Below are positions 7,871 to 14,613 of a stretch of 64,000 bases of DNA, piece after piece. The stretch is from a virus (Duplodnaviria; Heunggongvirae; Uroviricota; Caudoviricetes). The stretch covers positions 64,001 to 128,000 of the IMG/VR virus record IMGVR_UViG_3300028797_000099; one strand, written 5' to 3'. Below the pieces are notes generated by a model. It saw only the letters and a program-made list of their open reading frames with translations, did not search any database and was not told the origin of the DNA. The first letter of the stretch is position 1. Every line of letters begins with the position of its first letter. Position numbers and translations under genes: made by a program.

Positions 7871-7999
7871 TACCAGGGGCAGGACTCGAACCTACGACCA
7901 CGAGCTTAACAGGCTAAGTAACCCGTTCCAAACGCCACCCTTGCGGGAGAAAAACGGACAGGTATTTTTACGTGCTCTAACCAACTGAGCTACCCTGGA
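7871..7999 (-). ncRNA. tRNA-shaped Y-like RNA E (tRNA-Asn(GTT) plus 55-nt insert between nt 28 and 29)
   Basis: Removing the insert yields a 74-nt cloverleaf with CGAGC-CTGTTAA-GCTCG. Confidence 0.8.
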
Positions 8000-8008
8000 G
8001 AAAAATTA

Positions 8009-8095
8009 AAGTCAGGTAAAAGACGAAAGCGCATTGCCATAGGCGAACGGATTTGCAGTCTGTTTCTAAGTAACGCTTTCAAACGACACTGACTT
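8009..8095 (-). ncRNA. Permuted Y-like RNA F displaying a GCA anticodon stem-loop
   Basis: AAGTCAG-TGTCGTTTGAAAGCG-TTACTTAG...AACAGA-CTGCAAA-TCCGTT...CGCTTTC-GTCTTTTAC-CTGACTT. Confidence 0.68.
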
Positions 8096-8097
8096 AG

Positions 8098-8186
8098 TGG
8101 GTTGAATAGGAGTCGAACCTACAATGTTTACCCAGAGGGAACGGATTTACAGTCCGTTGCGAAACCACCATCCTCGCAGTCAACCC
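8098..8186 (-). tRNA. tRNA-Tyr(GTA)
   Basis: AACGGA-CTGTAAA-TCCGTT; long arm. Confidence 0.85.
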
Positions 8187-8201
8187 AAATAAAATTGTTA
8201 C

Positions 8202-8274
8202 TGGAGCATAGGAGATTCGAACTCCTGACCCCCTGCGTGCAAAGCAGGTGCTCTACCAACTGAGCTAATACCCC
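8202..8274 (-). tRNA. tRNA-Ala(TGC)
   Basis: CCTGC-TTTGCAC-GCAGG; G3.U70. Confidence 0.92.
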
Positions 8275-8335
8275 ATAAATTGCAAAGCCAAAATTTCAAT
8301 CAGCGGGCTAACAACTCGTGTCAACCACGGTCAGA

Positions 8336-8364
8336 AAGATAGAAACTAAGACATCGTTTGTCAA
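8336..8364 (-). promoter_or_regulatory. Internal sigma70-type promoter of the RNA array
   Basis: TTGACA-N17-TATCTT with AT-rich upstream tract. Confidence 0.7.
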
Positions 8365-8398
8365 GGGTTTCTACCAAAATTTTCAAACTTTTTTTTAG

Positions 8399-8480
8399 TC
8401 GGGTACGTGAGATTCGAACCCACACTCCTCGCAGAACATCGCCCTGAACGATGCGTGTCTACCAATTCCACCAGAACCCG
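8399..8480 (-). tRNA. tRNA-Leu(CAG)
   Basis: CATCG-TTCAGGG-CGATG; long arm. Confidence 0.9.
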
Positions 8481-8486
8481 AAGTAG

Positions 8487-8561
8487 TTGCGGAGAACGGA
8501 CTTGAACCGTTGACACACGGATTATGATTCCGTTGCTCTAAACCAACTGAGCTACACCGCA
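8487..8561 (-). tRNA. tRNA-Met(CAT), elongator
   Basis: ACGGA-ATCATAA-TCCGT. Confidence 0.8.
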
Positions 8562-8564
8562 TCG

Positions 8565-8855
8565 GTGATGACGCTTTTGGACTATCAGTCTACGGTCTTT
8601 CATAGCAGGTACGTCATCGTGGGCAACCTCAAACTTCTCCAGTTGTAGTCGTTTGCCACCTCGGGTTCGTAAGCACCTCGCATGCTTCAACCCGTCATTA
8701 GCTCTTTTACGAGAAGAACGCTAATGGCCTTTTAAATGGCGGCGTTTTAGCCTGTCACCGAGCAGGGGCCACGTTTCCCGTCCATCCCATGCCCGTCTCG
8801 GCATGATTGACTCAAATTGACGGGACCCGCCTTGCAAGCACAACAAAATCATAGA
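8565..8855 (-). ncRNA. Candidate structured RNA (~290 nt)
   Basis: Serial stems GATGACG/CGTCATC, GGCAA/TTGCC, CGGGTT/AACCCG, CATTAGC/GCTAATG. Confidence 0.35.
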
Positions 8856-8863
8856 ATAGTTAG

Positions 8864-8934
8864 TCCGCCAGTCGAGACTCGAACTCGAACTAAGGGAATC
8901 ACAATCCCTTGTGCTACCGTTACACCACTGAGGG
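8864..8934 (-). tRNA. tRNA-His(GTG), atypical (A73, no encoded G-1)
   Basis: AGGGA-TTGTGAT-TCCCT. Confidence 0.75.
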
Positions 8935-8939
8935 GGTAG

Positions 8940-9014
8940 TACTCCCAATAGGATTCGAACCTATGACCCCTTGCTTGTAAGGCAAGCGCTCTGAACCAAC
9001 TGAGCTATGGAAGT
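8940..9014 (-). tRNA. tRNA-Val(TAC)
   Basis: CTTGC-CTTACAA-GCAAG. Confidence 0.9.
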
Positions 9015-9022
9015 AAATTTAG

Positions 9023-9105
9023 CGCAACCAGCGAGACTTGAACTCGCACGCCCATAGGGCACCAGCGTGACAGGCTGGCCTGGCTACCAATTTCAGCATG
9101 GCTGC
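9023..9105 (-). tRNA. tRNA-Asp(GTC) with long variable arm
   Basis: CCAGC-CTGTCAC-GCTGG; arm TGCCC-TAT-GGGCG; G73. Confidence 0.78.
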
Positions 9106-9112
9106 ATACATA

Positions 9113-9186
9113 TAGCTCCAACGGGACTCGAACCCGTATTACCGCCTTGAGAGGGCGACGAACTAGGCCAGTTATTCGATAGAGCC
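9113..9186 (-). tRNA. tRNA-Glu(CTC)
   Basis: TCGCC-CTCTCAA-GGCGG. Confidence 0.9.
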
Positions 9187-9194
9187 AAAATACA

Positions 9195-9376
9195 ATGGAT
9201 AGGTGAATATGCGGAGTATCACCGTGACAGCTTCCCCGTACCGATGCGAAATCTGCTTATAACCTAAAACAAACCGTTTCGCTTTTACGCCTATCTTGTC
9301 GGCACGTATATCTGTCGTAGCTGGCATGTAGGTTGTTCCTTCAGGCAACCAGCCCGCTGAACAGAGTTCTATCCAA
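9195..9376 (-). ncRNA. Candidate ~180-nt long irregular hairpin RNA (6S-like shape)
   Basis: GGATAG/CTATCC ends; GACAG/CTGTC, CGTGCCGA/TCGGTACG, GCGAAA/TTTCGC stems separated by bubbles. Confidence 0.4.
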
Positions 9377-9382
9377 TGTTAG

Positions 9383-9459
9383 TGACACTAGCAGGACTCG
9401 AACCTGCGACCTTCTCGTTCGTAGCGAGACGCTCTAAATTCCGACTGAGCTATAATGCC
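9383..9459 (-). tRNA. tRNA-Arg(ACG)
   Basis: TCTCG-CTACGAA-CGAGA. Confidence 0.9.
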
Positions 9460-9468
9460 ATAAAAGTA

Positions 9469-9541
9469 AGCGTCATGTCGGACTCGAACCGACGACCTTC
9501 TCCATGGCAAGGAGACGCTCTACCAACTGAGCTAATGACGC
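9469..9541 (-). tRNA. tRNA-Gly(GCC)
   Basis: TCTCC-TTGCCAT-GGAGA; U73. Confidence 0.9.
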
Positions 9542-9549
9542 AGTAAAAG

Positions 9550-9642
9550 AAGCGAGGGTGGGATTCGAACCCACGGATGACAGGGCCACTGCCACCGACG
9601 GTTTTCAAGACCGCTGCAATAAGCCAGCTCTACCACCTCGCC
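9550..9642 (-). tRNA. tRNA-Ser(TGA)
   Basis: GCGGT-CTTGAAA-ACCGT; long arm. Confidence 0.9.
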
Positions 9643-9650
9643 ATATTTAG

Positions 9651-9724
9651 TCGGAATGGCAGGATTTGGACCTACGACCTCTTGCTCCCGAAGCAAGCGC
9701 TCTACCAGACTGAGCTATATTCCG
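9651..9724 (-). tRNA. tRNA-Pro(CGG)
   Basis: CTTGC-TTCGGGA-GCAAG. Confidence 0.88.
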
Positions 9725-9731
9725 AAATTTA

Positions 9732-10005
9732 TTTAAACACAAACTTACAGGCGTCCTAATTTCAAGGACGGATTAAGGAGCACACTTGGTGGTTAACCCA
9801 AAGTTTATCTCCCCCATTCTTATTTCAAATGGTCTCACGTGGCATATTTTAGTAGAGCCAATACTACACCTCTGCGACCATCATTCTGGTATTCATCTAA
9901 TTCGCAGAGACAGATTCCTCATCCCTGAGTTTTCCCCATCAGGGTTAGCCCGTTAGCATGAAATCAAGAACGATGCAACACGGGTTCTACTCATTTGTGT
10001 TTAAA
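9732..10005 (-). ncRNA. Candidate ~275-nt multi-hairpin RNA
   Basis: 12-bp terminal stem TTTAAACACAAA/TTTGTGTTTAAA enclosing at least 6 hairpins. Confidence 0.5.
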
Positions 10006-10019
10006 CAAAGTTTGATGAA

Positions 10020-10240
10020 TTCGAGGAGCTGCGGGGGTTACGGCATCCTTTCCGCTTGTCGCCGAGGCCATCGGTTTGTCATCTATGTTGCGAACGGGCT
10101 CACCTACTAGCCCTTACATAGACCGAAGATGGTTATCGTTACCATTTAATAGCAGGCTTCATCACGCCTCCCGTCCATCGATATCCGAACGAAACGGGTC
10201 TGGCCCTCAATGACGGACATTTAGCCAGATGTTTTCTAAC
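10020..10240 (-). ncRNA. Candidate structured RNA (~220 nt)
   Basis: Stems TCTGGC/GCCAGA, CCCGT/ACGGG, ATGGT/ACCAT, GGGCT/AGCCC. Confidence 0.3.
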
Positions 10241-10330
10241 TCCGACAGTAAGACTCGAACTTACGACCTGAGCTTTAGGTGACTACTTATGGCTACTGAG
10301 TGAACCATATTACACCTATAATTTAATTAG

Positions 10331-10403
10331 CTCCGATGGAGAGACTCGAACTCCCGACCAGCTCATTACGAATGAGCTGCTCTACCAACTGAGCTACAAC
10401 GGA
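10331..10403 (-). tRNA. tRNA-Thr(CGT)
   Basis: GCTCA-TTCGTAA-TGAGC. Confidence 0.88.
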
Positions 10404-10409
10404 ATGTAG

Positions 10410-10483
10410 TAGCGCCAACGGGACTCGAACCCGTATTGCCGCCTTGAAAGGGCGATGAACTAGGCCAGTTATTCGATAGCGCC
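10410..10483 (-). tRNA. tRNA-Glu(TTC)
   Basis: TCGCC-CTTTCAA-GGCGG; near-copy of tRNA-Glu(CTC). Confidence 0.9.
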
Positions 10484-10493
10484 AAAAATATAG

Positions 10494-10567
10494 TCCGCAA
10501 CCCTGGACTCGAACCAGGAACCTCCACCTTATCAGAGTGGCTATCTAACCAGTTGCTATAGCTGCGG
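10494..10567 (-). tRNA. tRNA-Ile(GAT)
   Basis: CCACT-CTGATAA-GGTGG. Confidence 0.85.
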
Positions 10568-10654
10568 ATAAAAACAATAGGTGGGTGGTTTATAACCACC
10601 AAAATCCCACCCCGTGGGCACCTACTTTGTTTCACCTATTGTTTAATACTTTCG

Positions 10655-10728
10655 TGCCAGCTTCTGGAGTCGAACCAGACTACTCGGATTTTCAGTCCGG
10701 CCCAATCACCGGGTTTGGGTTAGCTGGC
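10655..10728 (-). tRNA. tRNA-Phe(GAA)
   Basis: CCGGA-CTGAAAA-TCCGA. Confidence 0.85.
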
Positions 10729-10824
10729 AAAATGATTGACCAAGAATCACGAAGGAGTCCAACCTTCCACATGGACTGAGCCATCGCCAGCGGGAACATT
10801 GAGACCCTTGGCCAATCGAGTTAG

Positions 10825-10898
10825 TAGCGGGGGCAGGACTCGAACACTGCGACCTTTGGGTTATGAGCCCAACAAGCTACCAACTGCTCCACCCCGCA
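10825..10898 (-). tRNA. tRNA-fMet(CAT), initiator
   Basis: TTGGG-CTCATAA-CCCAA (three G-C pairs); 1:72 mismatch. Confidence 0.88.
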
Positions 10899-10911
10899 AA
10901 TTTCTTCATAG

Positions 10912-10984
10912 TTGCCGTTGAGCGGTTCGAACGCCCGAATACAGGAGTCAGAGTCCTGTGCCTTACCAGCTTGGCGAAACGGCA
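10912..10984 (-). tRNA. tRNA-Gln(CTG)
   Basis: CAGGA-CTCTGAC-TCCTG. Confidence 0.88.
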
Positions 10985-10992
10985 ATAAATAG

Positions 10993-11063
10993 CTCACGTT
11001 AAAGGAATCGAACCTTTGTTTCCCGCTGCAGACAGGCAACTCTTCCAGTTAAGCTAAACGTGA
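10993..11063 (-). pseudogene. Degenerate tRNA, anticodon undetermined (TGC?)
   Basis: Good acceptor TCACGTT/AACGTGA and T arm; irregular anticodon arm GCCTG-TCTGCAG-CGGGA. Confidence 0.5.
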
Positions 11064-11066
11064 ATA

Positions 11067-11139
11067 AGCCTGTGGAGAGGCTCGAACTCCCGACCAGATG
11101 CTTACAAAGCAACTGCTCTACCAACTGAGCTACACAGGC
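11067..11139 (-). tRNA. tRNA-Thr(TGT)
   Basis: GTTGC-TTTGTAA-GCATC. Confidence 0.88.
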
Positions 11140-11144
11140 GATAA

Positions 11145-11520
11145 AACAACTTCACCAATTCCACCATCATATCGGCCTACACCGATATTAACTTCTCCCG
11201 CTCCCGAAGCGAGTGTGTCTCCTGATTACAAAGCTAAAATGCTCAGGCTAATAGGCGGCCCTTTTCGGTTGGGTTCCCACAATGGAGCTACCATCACGAT
11301 TATCACAACCTATTAGGGGCCGCTTTTCACCTGCGGATGTTTCTGGGAGCTACCCAGAGGTCCATTCTAAACTTGGGGCGTCGTTTTGCTTTACCGTCCC
11401 TACCGTCCCGGCCAGACTTCCTGCGCACTCCGTACTAGCCTGCGAATTTCGTTTCAGCGGATGTATATGCGGTAGTTAACTACCACCTGGGAACTATGCC
11501 ATAACCTGTGTCAACATCCT
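11145..11520 (-). ncRNA. Candidate ~370-nt structured RNA
   Basis: Hairpins GGTAG-TTAA-CTACC, CTGGG-TAGCT-CCCAG, ATATCGG-TGTAGG-CCGATAT; no credible ORF. Confidence 0.35.
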
Positions 11521-11531
11521 TTTAAATTTAG

Positions 11532-11604
11532 CTGACATGACTGGACTCGAACCAGTGACCAGACGATTAACAGTCGCCGACTCTACCTACTGAGCTACAT
11601 GTCA
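11532..11604 (-). tRNA. tRNA-Asn(GTT)
   Basis: GGCGA-CTGTTAA-TCGTC; G73. Confidence 0.9.
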
Positions 11605-11610
11605 ATAATA

Positions 11611-11920
11611 TCCCTGGGCACCACCCCTTTCACATGTTGTCATGGGTGCGTCAGGATTGGACGCAGAAAGCTTTACTCAAAGCTAACGAACCTACCGCCT
11701 GTAACGATGGGTAAACACCGAATGGAGGAAATAGGACCAATTACCGATTACCTTTTACCATTTTAGACGGATTTGTTGTCGGTTGTGGCACCAAACCCCA
11801 ACGAACTGGCCGTCGCCAGACATAGAGTTTGCAAACCGTCAGAAAGCCACTTTACCATAAAGCATATACCGAAGTATATACCGATGGTTCTCGTCCATCC
11901 AACACAAACTGGAAGGACAA
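11611..11920 (-). ncRNA. Candidate ~310-nt structured RNA
   Basis: ATATAC-TTCG-GTATAT, CTGGC-GACG-GCCAG, AGCTTT-GAGT-AAAGCT, TGCGTC/GACGCA. Confidence 0.35.
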
Positions 11921-11923
11921 TAG

Positions 11924-11997
11924 TCGGGGTAGCCAGATTCGAACTGACGACATCCTGCTCCCAAAGCAGGCGCTCTACCAGACTGAGCTACACCCCG
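11924..11997 (-). tRNA. tRNA-Pro(TGG)
   Basis: CCTGC-TTTGGGA-GCAGG. Confidence 0.9.
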
Positions 11998-12004
11998 CAA
12001 GTTT

Positions 12005-12378
12005 TTAAGGTGCTTCCGGCACCACCGTTGAACGGCATAGCGGTTACTCACCGCTAGGAAACGCTGTCGTTCCCTTATTCGGAGACCTCCATATGAAGAC
12101 CCCCGAAAAAGAGAACGCAAGAACGATGCCTTCCGACCTGTATCGAACAAGGCGTTTTCAACATTGCTGCTGACGGTTCCCTCACCTACGGGTACACCGT
12201 TCTCAACGTCATGATTGTTTAAATCACCCAACACAGTCCATTGCCAAGACTATCATGTGTGAGTAAGGTTATCAACCTAGCAACTTTTGCAAAGCCGAAA
12301 TGTCAATCTTCTGAAAGGACTCACGGTCCAATCTGACGCAGGAAAGTAAGTTCGAAACCTTGACTGTTCCCGTTTACG
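12005..12378 (-). ncRNA. Candidate ~370-nt RNA at the 5' end of the array transcript
   Basis: Starts right after a consensus promoter; stems GAGAACG/CGTTCTC, TAGCGG/CCGCTA, GGTGC/GCACC. Confidence 0.35.
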
Positions 12379-12384
12379 TCGTCA

Positions 12385-12413
12385 ATTATAGAAATATTCA
12401 AAAGCTTTGTCAA
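12385..12413 (-). promoter_or_regulatory. Consensus sigma70 promoter driving the RNA array
   Basis: Perfect TTGACA-N17-TATAAT. Confidence 0.85.
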
Positions 12414-12442
12414 GGGGGAATTCGATATTTTTTTTAAATTTT

Positions 12443-13057
12443 TTATCGAATTTCTTCCGTCGCTCTGAAAGCTATTAGTTCGTAACTGTCTTTATCACAA
12501 TCTCGAACGTACTTTTTGAACGACTCAAAGGATTTGAACATCTCGCCAAGACTCAGGAACATATATTCTCCGACCTCGAAGTCGGGCGCCCTTAGCTTGG
12601 TCTTGCCGCAGATATCAATAATCTCTTCCATTGATAGCTGTCGGTTACTGTCCTTGTCCACCACGTTGATTACGTTGTAGTCATAGACTGGTTGTCGATA
12701 GGTACCCGTTACGGGGTTATCGAGTCTGATGAATTTCAACGTTGCCATTATGGTGATTTCGTAACCGCTTGGCAAGTGTTCTTCGATAAGATGTCCAAAC
12801 TGTTTGGCGATATCGGAGCACACGTTGTATTCATCTCCCTCTGGTGGTGTGAAGTTCGCCAGCTTCGCTGTTCGATTAAACTTCTTCCACCAAAGATGCC
12901 CTGTCTGTTCCAATATCGTACAATACTTCAATTCAAGGCCAATGTCTGCACGCTGGAACCAGAAATGCCTGTTCAAATTATTTGAATAAAATTCGAGCAG
13001 GGCAGCCTCATCCAGTACGGACAGGTTGATGACATTCATGTCTTCGTATACGCTCAT
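12443..13057 (-). CDS. Hypothetical protein
   Basis: Long ORF; GGAG SD before ATG 13057. Confidence 0.7.
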   Translation of the reverse strand: MSVYEDMNVINLSVLDEAALLEFYSNNLNRHFWFQRADIGLELKYCTILEQTGHLWWKKFNRTAKLANFTPPEGDEYNVCSDIAKQFGHLIEEHLPSGYEITIMATLKFIRLDNPVTGTYRQPVYDYNVINVVDKDSNRQLSMEEIIDICGKTKLRAPDFEVGEYMFLSLGEMFKSFESFKKYVRDCDKDSYELIAFRATEEIR

Positions 13058-13073
13058 AATGTCTCCCTCTCGG

Positions 13074-13730
13074 TTAATTGTTGAACATGTCAATCTGGTC
13101 TTTAGAATCAATCTCTTGCAGCAGCGATTCCATTGACTTTGATAATTGTTTATATGTTGACATTCCGTCCGAAATTTTTTTGAGTGCCTCTTTTGCAGTT
13201 TTTTCTGCCTTTTCTATGAGAAATTTGCTTTTATCCTGCTTTTTGGCATCATTTTCCGCCTGTTTTTTCTCTTCGGCAATCAACCGGGCCAACGATTCGA
13301 TGCCTTTCTTGGCTTGGTACATGACTAGACCATACTGCTTAATGCGTTCCTTTCCGTCGGGTTTCTTAATGAGGAGGGCTTTAAGAATGCTTGCATCAAT
13401 CGGTGAGAGCTTGTATTCCTCGATGATTTCATCGACTCGGGATTCGCTCGGCAGGGAAGATGATGTCGGCCACGTTACACCAGTCTCTATCTGGCGAACC
13501 CTCTCGGAGGAGATATGGATGATTTTCTCGTAGTCAAGCTTCCTAGCTTCCGACTTGGTCATGCCACCTTCGGCCTTCGTGCGGAGCGTCCTCTTGACGA
13601 GGTCTGCATCGAACGGGTTCAACTGGAACTCAATCCACACGTCCCACGGCTGGATTTTATGCTTTGCGTAGTCCGATTTTCCTACATTATGGTTTCTAAC
13701 ACTGTCCGTCGCATTGTTCACTTCTTGCAT
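13074..13730 (-). CDS. DUF3310-like protein
   Basis: VGKSDYAKHKIQPWD...FDADLVKRTLR resembles the DUF3310 core; AGGAG SD before ATG 13730. Confidence 0.5.
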   Translation of the reverse strand: MQEVNNATDSVRNHNVGKSDYAKHKIQPWDVWIEFQLNPFDADLVKRTLRTKAEGGMTKSEARKLDYEKIIHISSERVRQIETGVTWPTSSSLPSESRVDEIIEEYKLSPIDASILKALLIKKPDGKERIKQYGLVMYQAKKGIESLARLIAEEKKQAENDAKKQDKSKFLIEKAEKTAKEALKKISDGMSTYKQLSKSMESLLQEIDSKDQIDMFNN

Positions 13731-13753
13731 TTGGAGTCTCCTGTTTGAATACA

Positions 13754-14554
13754 CTAAAATAAATTATTTGGAACCAAGTCTATCACGAAATCTTCCTTTT
13801 TTAGAGAATTGTAATCATAGGGTTTCTCACTGGGGTATCCCATCGGGTTGATATAGAGGTGGCCGACCTGATATGCTGTATGGGTATGGCCAGCACACCA
13901 GATGGCGTCTGGTTTCAGCATGCCGATATATTCAGGAGAGAAATAGTAGTAGACCGAGTTGAACTTGTCATGCTCGTCCGGGACACGGAAATTGATAGGA
14001 GCGAAGTGGGTGACCATGACATCGGGCTTCTGTGCGAGGACGGACCTGCACTGCTGGTTCAACCTCTCACGAATCCGAACTATATCGTTGTCCATGTAGT
14101 TCCAATACTTGCCGTCATAGGTCTTCGACACCCAGTTGCTGTCCACTTCCTTCCTGGAATGCGGTATGTCGAGGTATTTCAGGAAGGTGTAATCCCATAT
14201 CCCAATGCAGCCACCGATATTGACACCGCCGACATTTTCCACATTCCCATCCAGCATGTGAAGGTTGTCTATGGAGTCTGCCAGCTTATGGAAACATTCA
14301 ATCTTGGCTTCCGTATTCCTGAACTTGCCGTTGTCGAGATGTACGCTCATGTCATGGTTTCCCATACAGAAAAGGACATGGCTATACATGTCACATAACC
14401 GAACAAGAATTTCACGGGCGGCATTAAACTTGCTTGCCATATCCCCAGGGATAATCAGTATATCCGCAGGAAGGAAACTGGATACGAAAGTATCCATCGA
14501 CATCTCCTTCTTGTAGTAGTCGTAGTGAAAATCCGAGAAAATAAAGGCCTTCAT
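13754..14554 (-). CDS. Calcineurin-like metallophosphoesterase
   Basis: SDFH, PGD, GNHD, VMVTHF, GHTH motifs. Confidence 0.88.
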   Translation of the reverse strand: MKAFIFSDFHYDYYKKEMSMDTFVSSFLPADILIIPGDMASKFNAAREILVRLCDMYSHVLFCMGNHDMSVHLDNGKFRNTEAKIECFHKLADSIDNLHMLDGNVENVGGVNIGGCIGIWDYTFLKYLDIPHSRKEVDSNWVSKTYDGKYWNYMDNDIVRIRERLNQQCRSVLAQKPDVMVTHFAPINFRVPDEHDKFNSVYYYFSPEYIGMLKPDAIWCAGHTHTAYQVGHLYINPMGYPSEKPYDYNSLKKEDFVIDLVPNNLF

Positions 14555-14613
14555 ACCACAAATATAGGATATGAAGGCCGATTTGTCAATGACACTTTAC
14601 ACTAGGCATCAAG

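Noticed and set aside
10025-10060. CAGCTCC as a tmRNA 3' acceptor
   Set aside because: No TTCG T-loop before it and no complementary 5' end nearby.
10575-10645. 70-nt hairpin containing TATAAAC
   Set aside because: Could be a promoter or a processing stem; no further support for a distinct RNA.
12005-12378. Firm tmRNA call
   Set aside because: The 5' resemblance is not matched by a recognisable 3' T arm and acceptor; kept only as an unassigned candidate.
13754-14554. Metallophosphoesterase as the RNA end-healing partner of the Ro system
   Set aside because: The family is very broad and common in phages; no RtcB or Pnkp gene is visible in the window to support the link.
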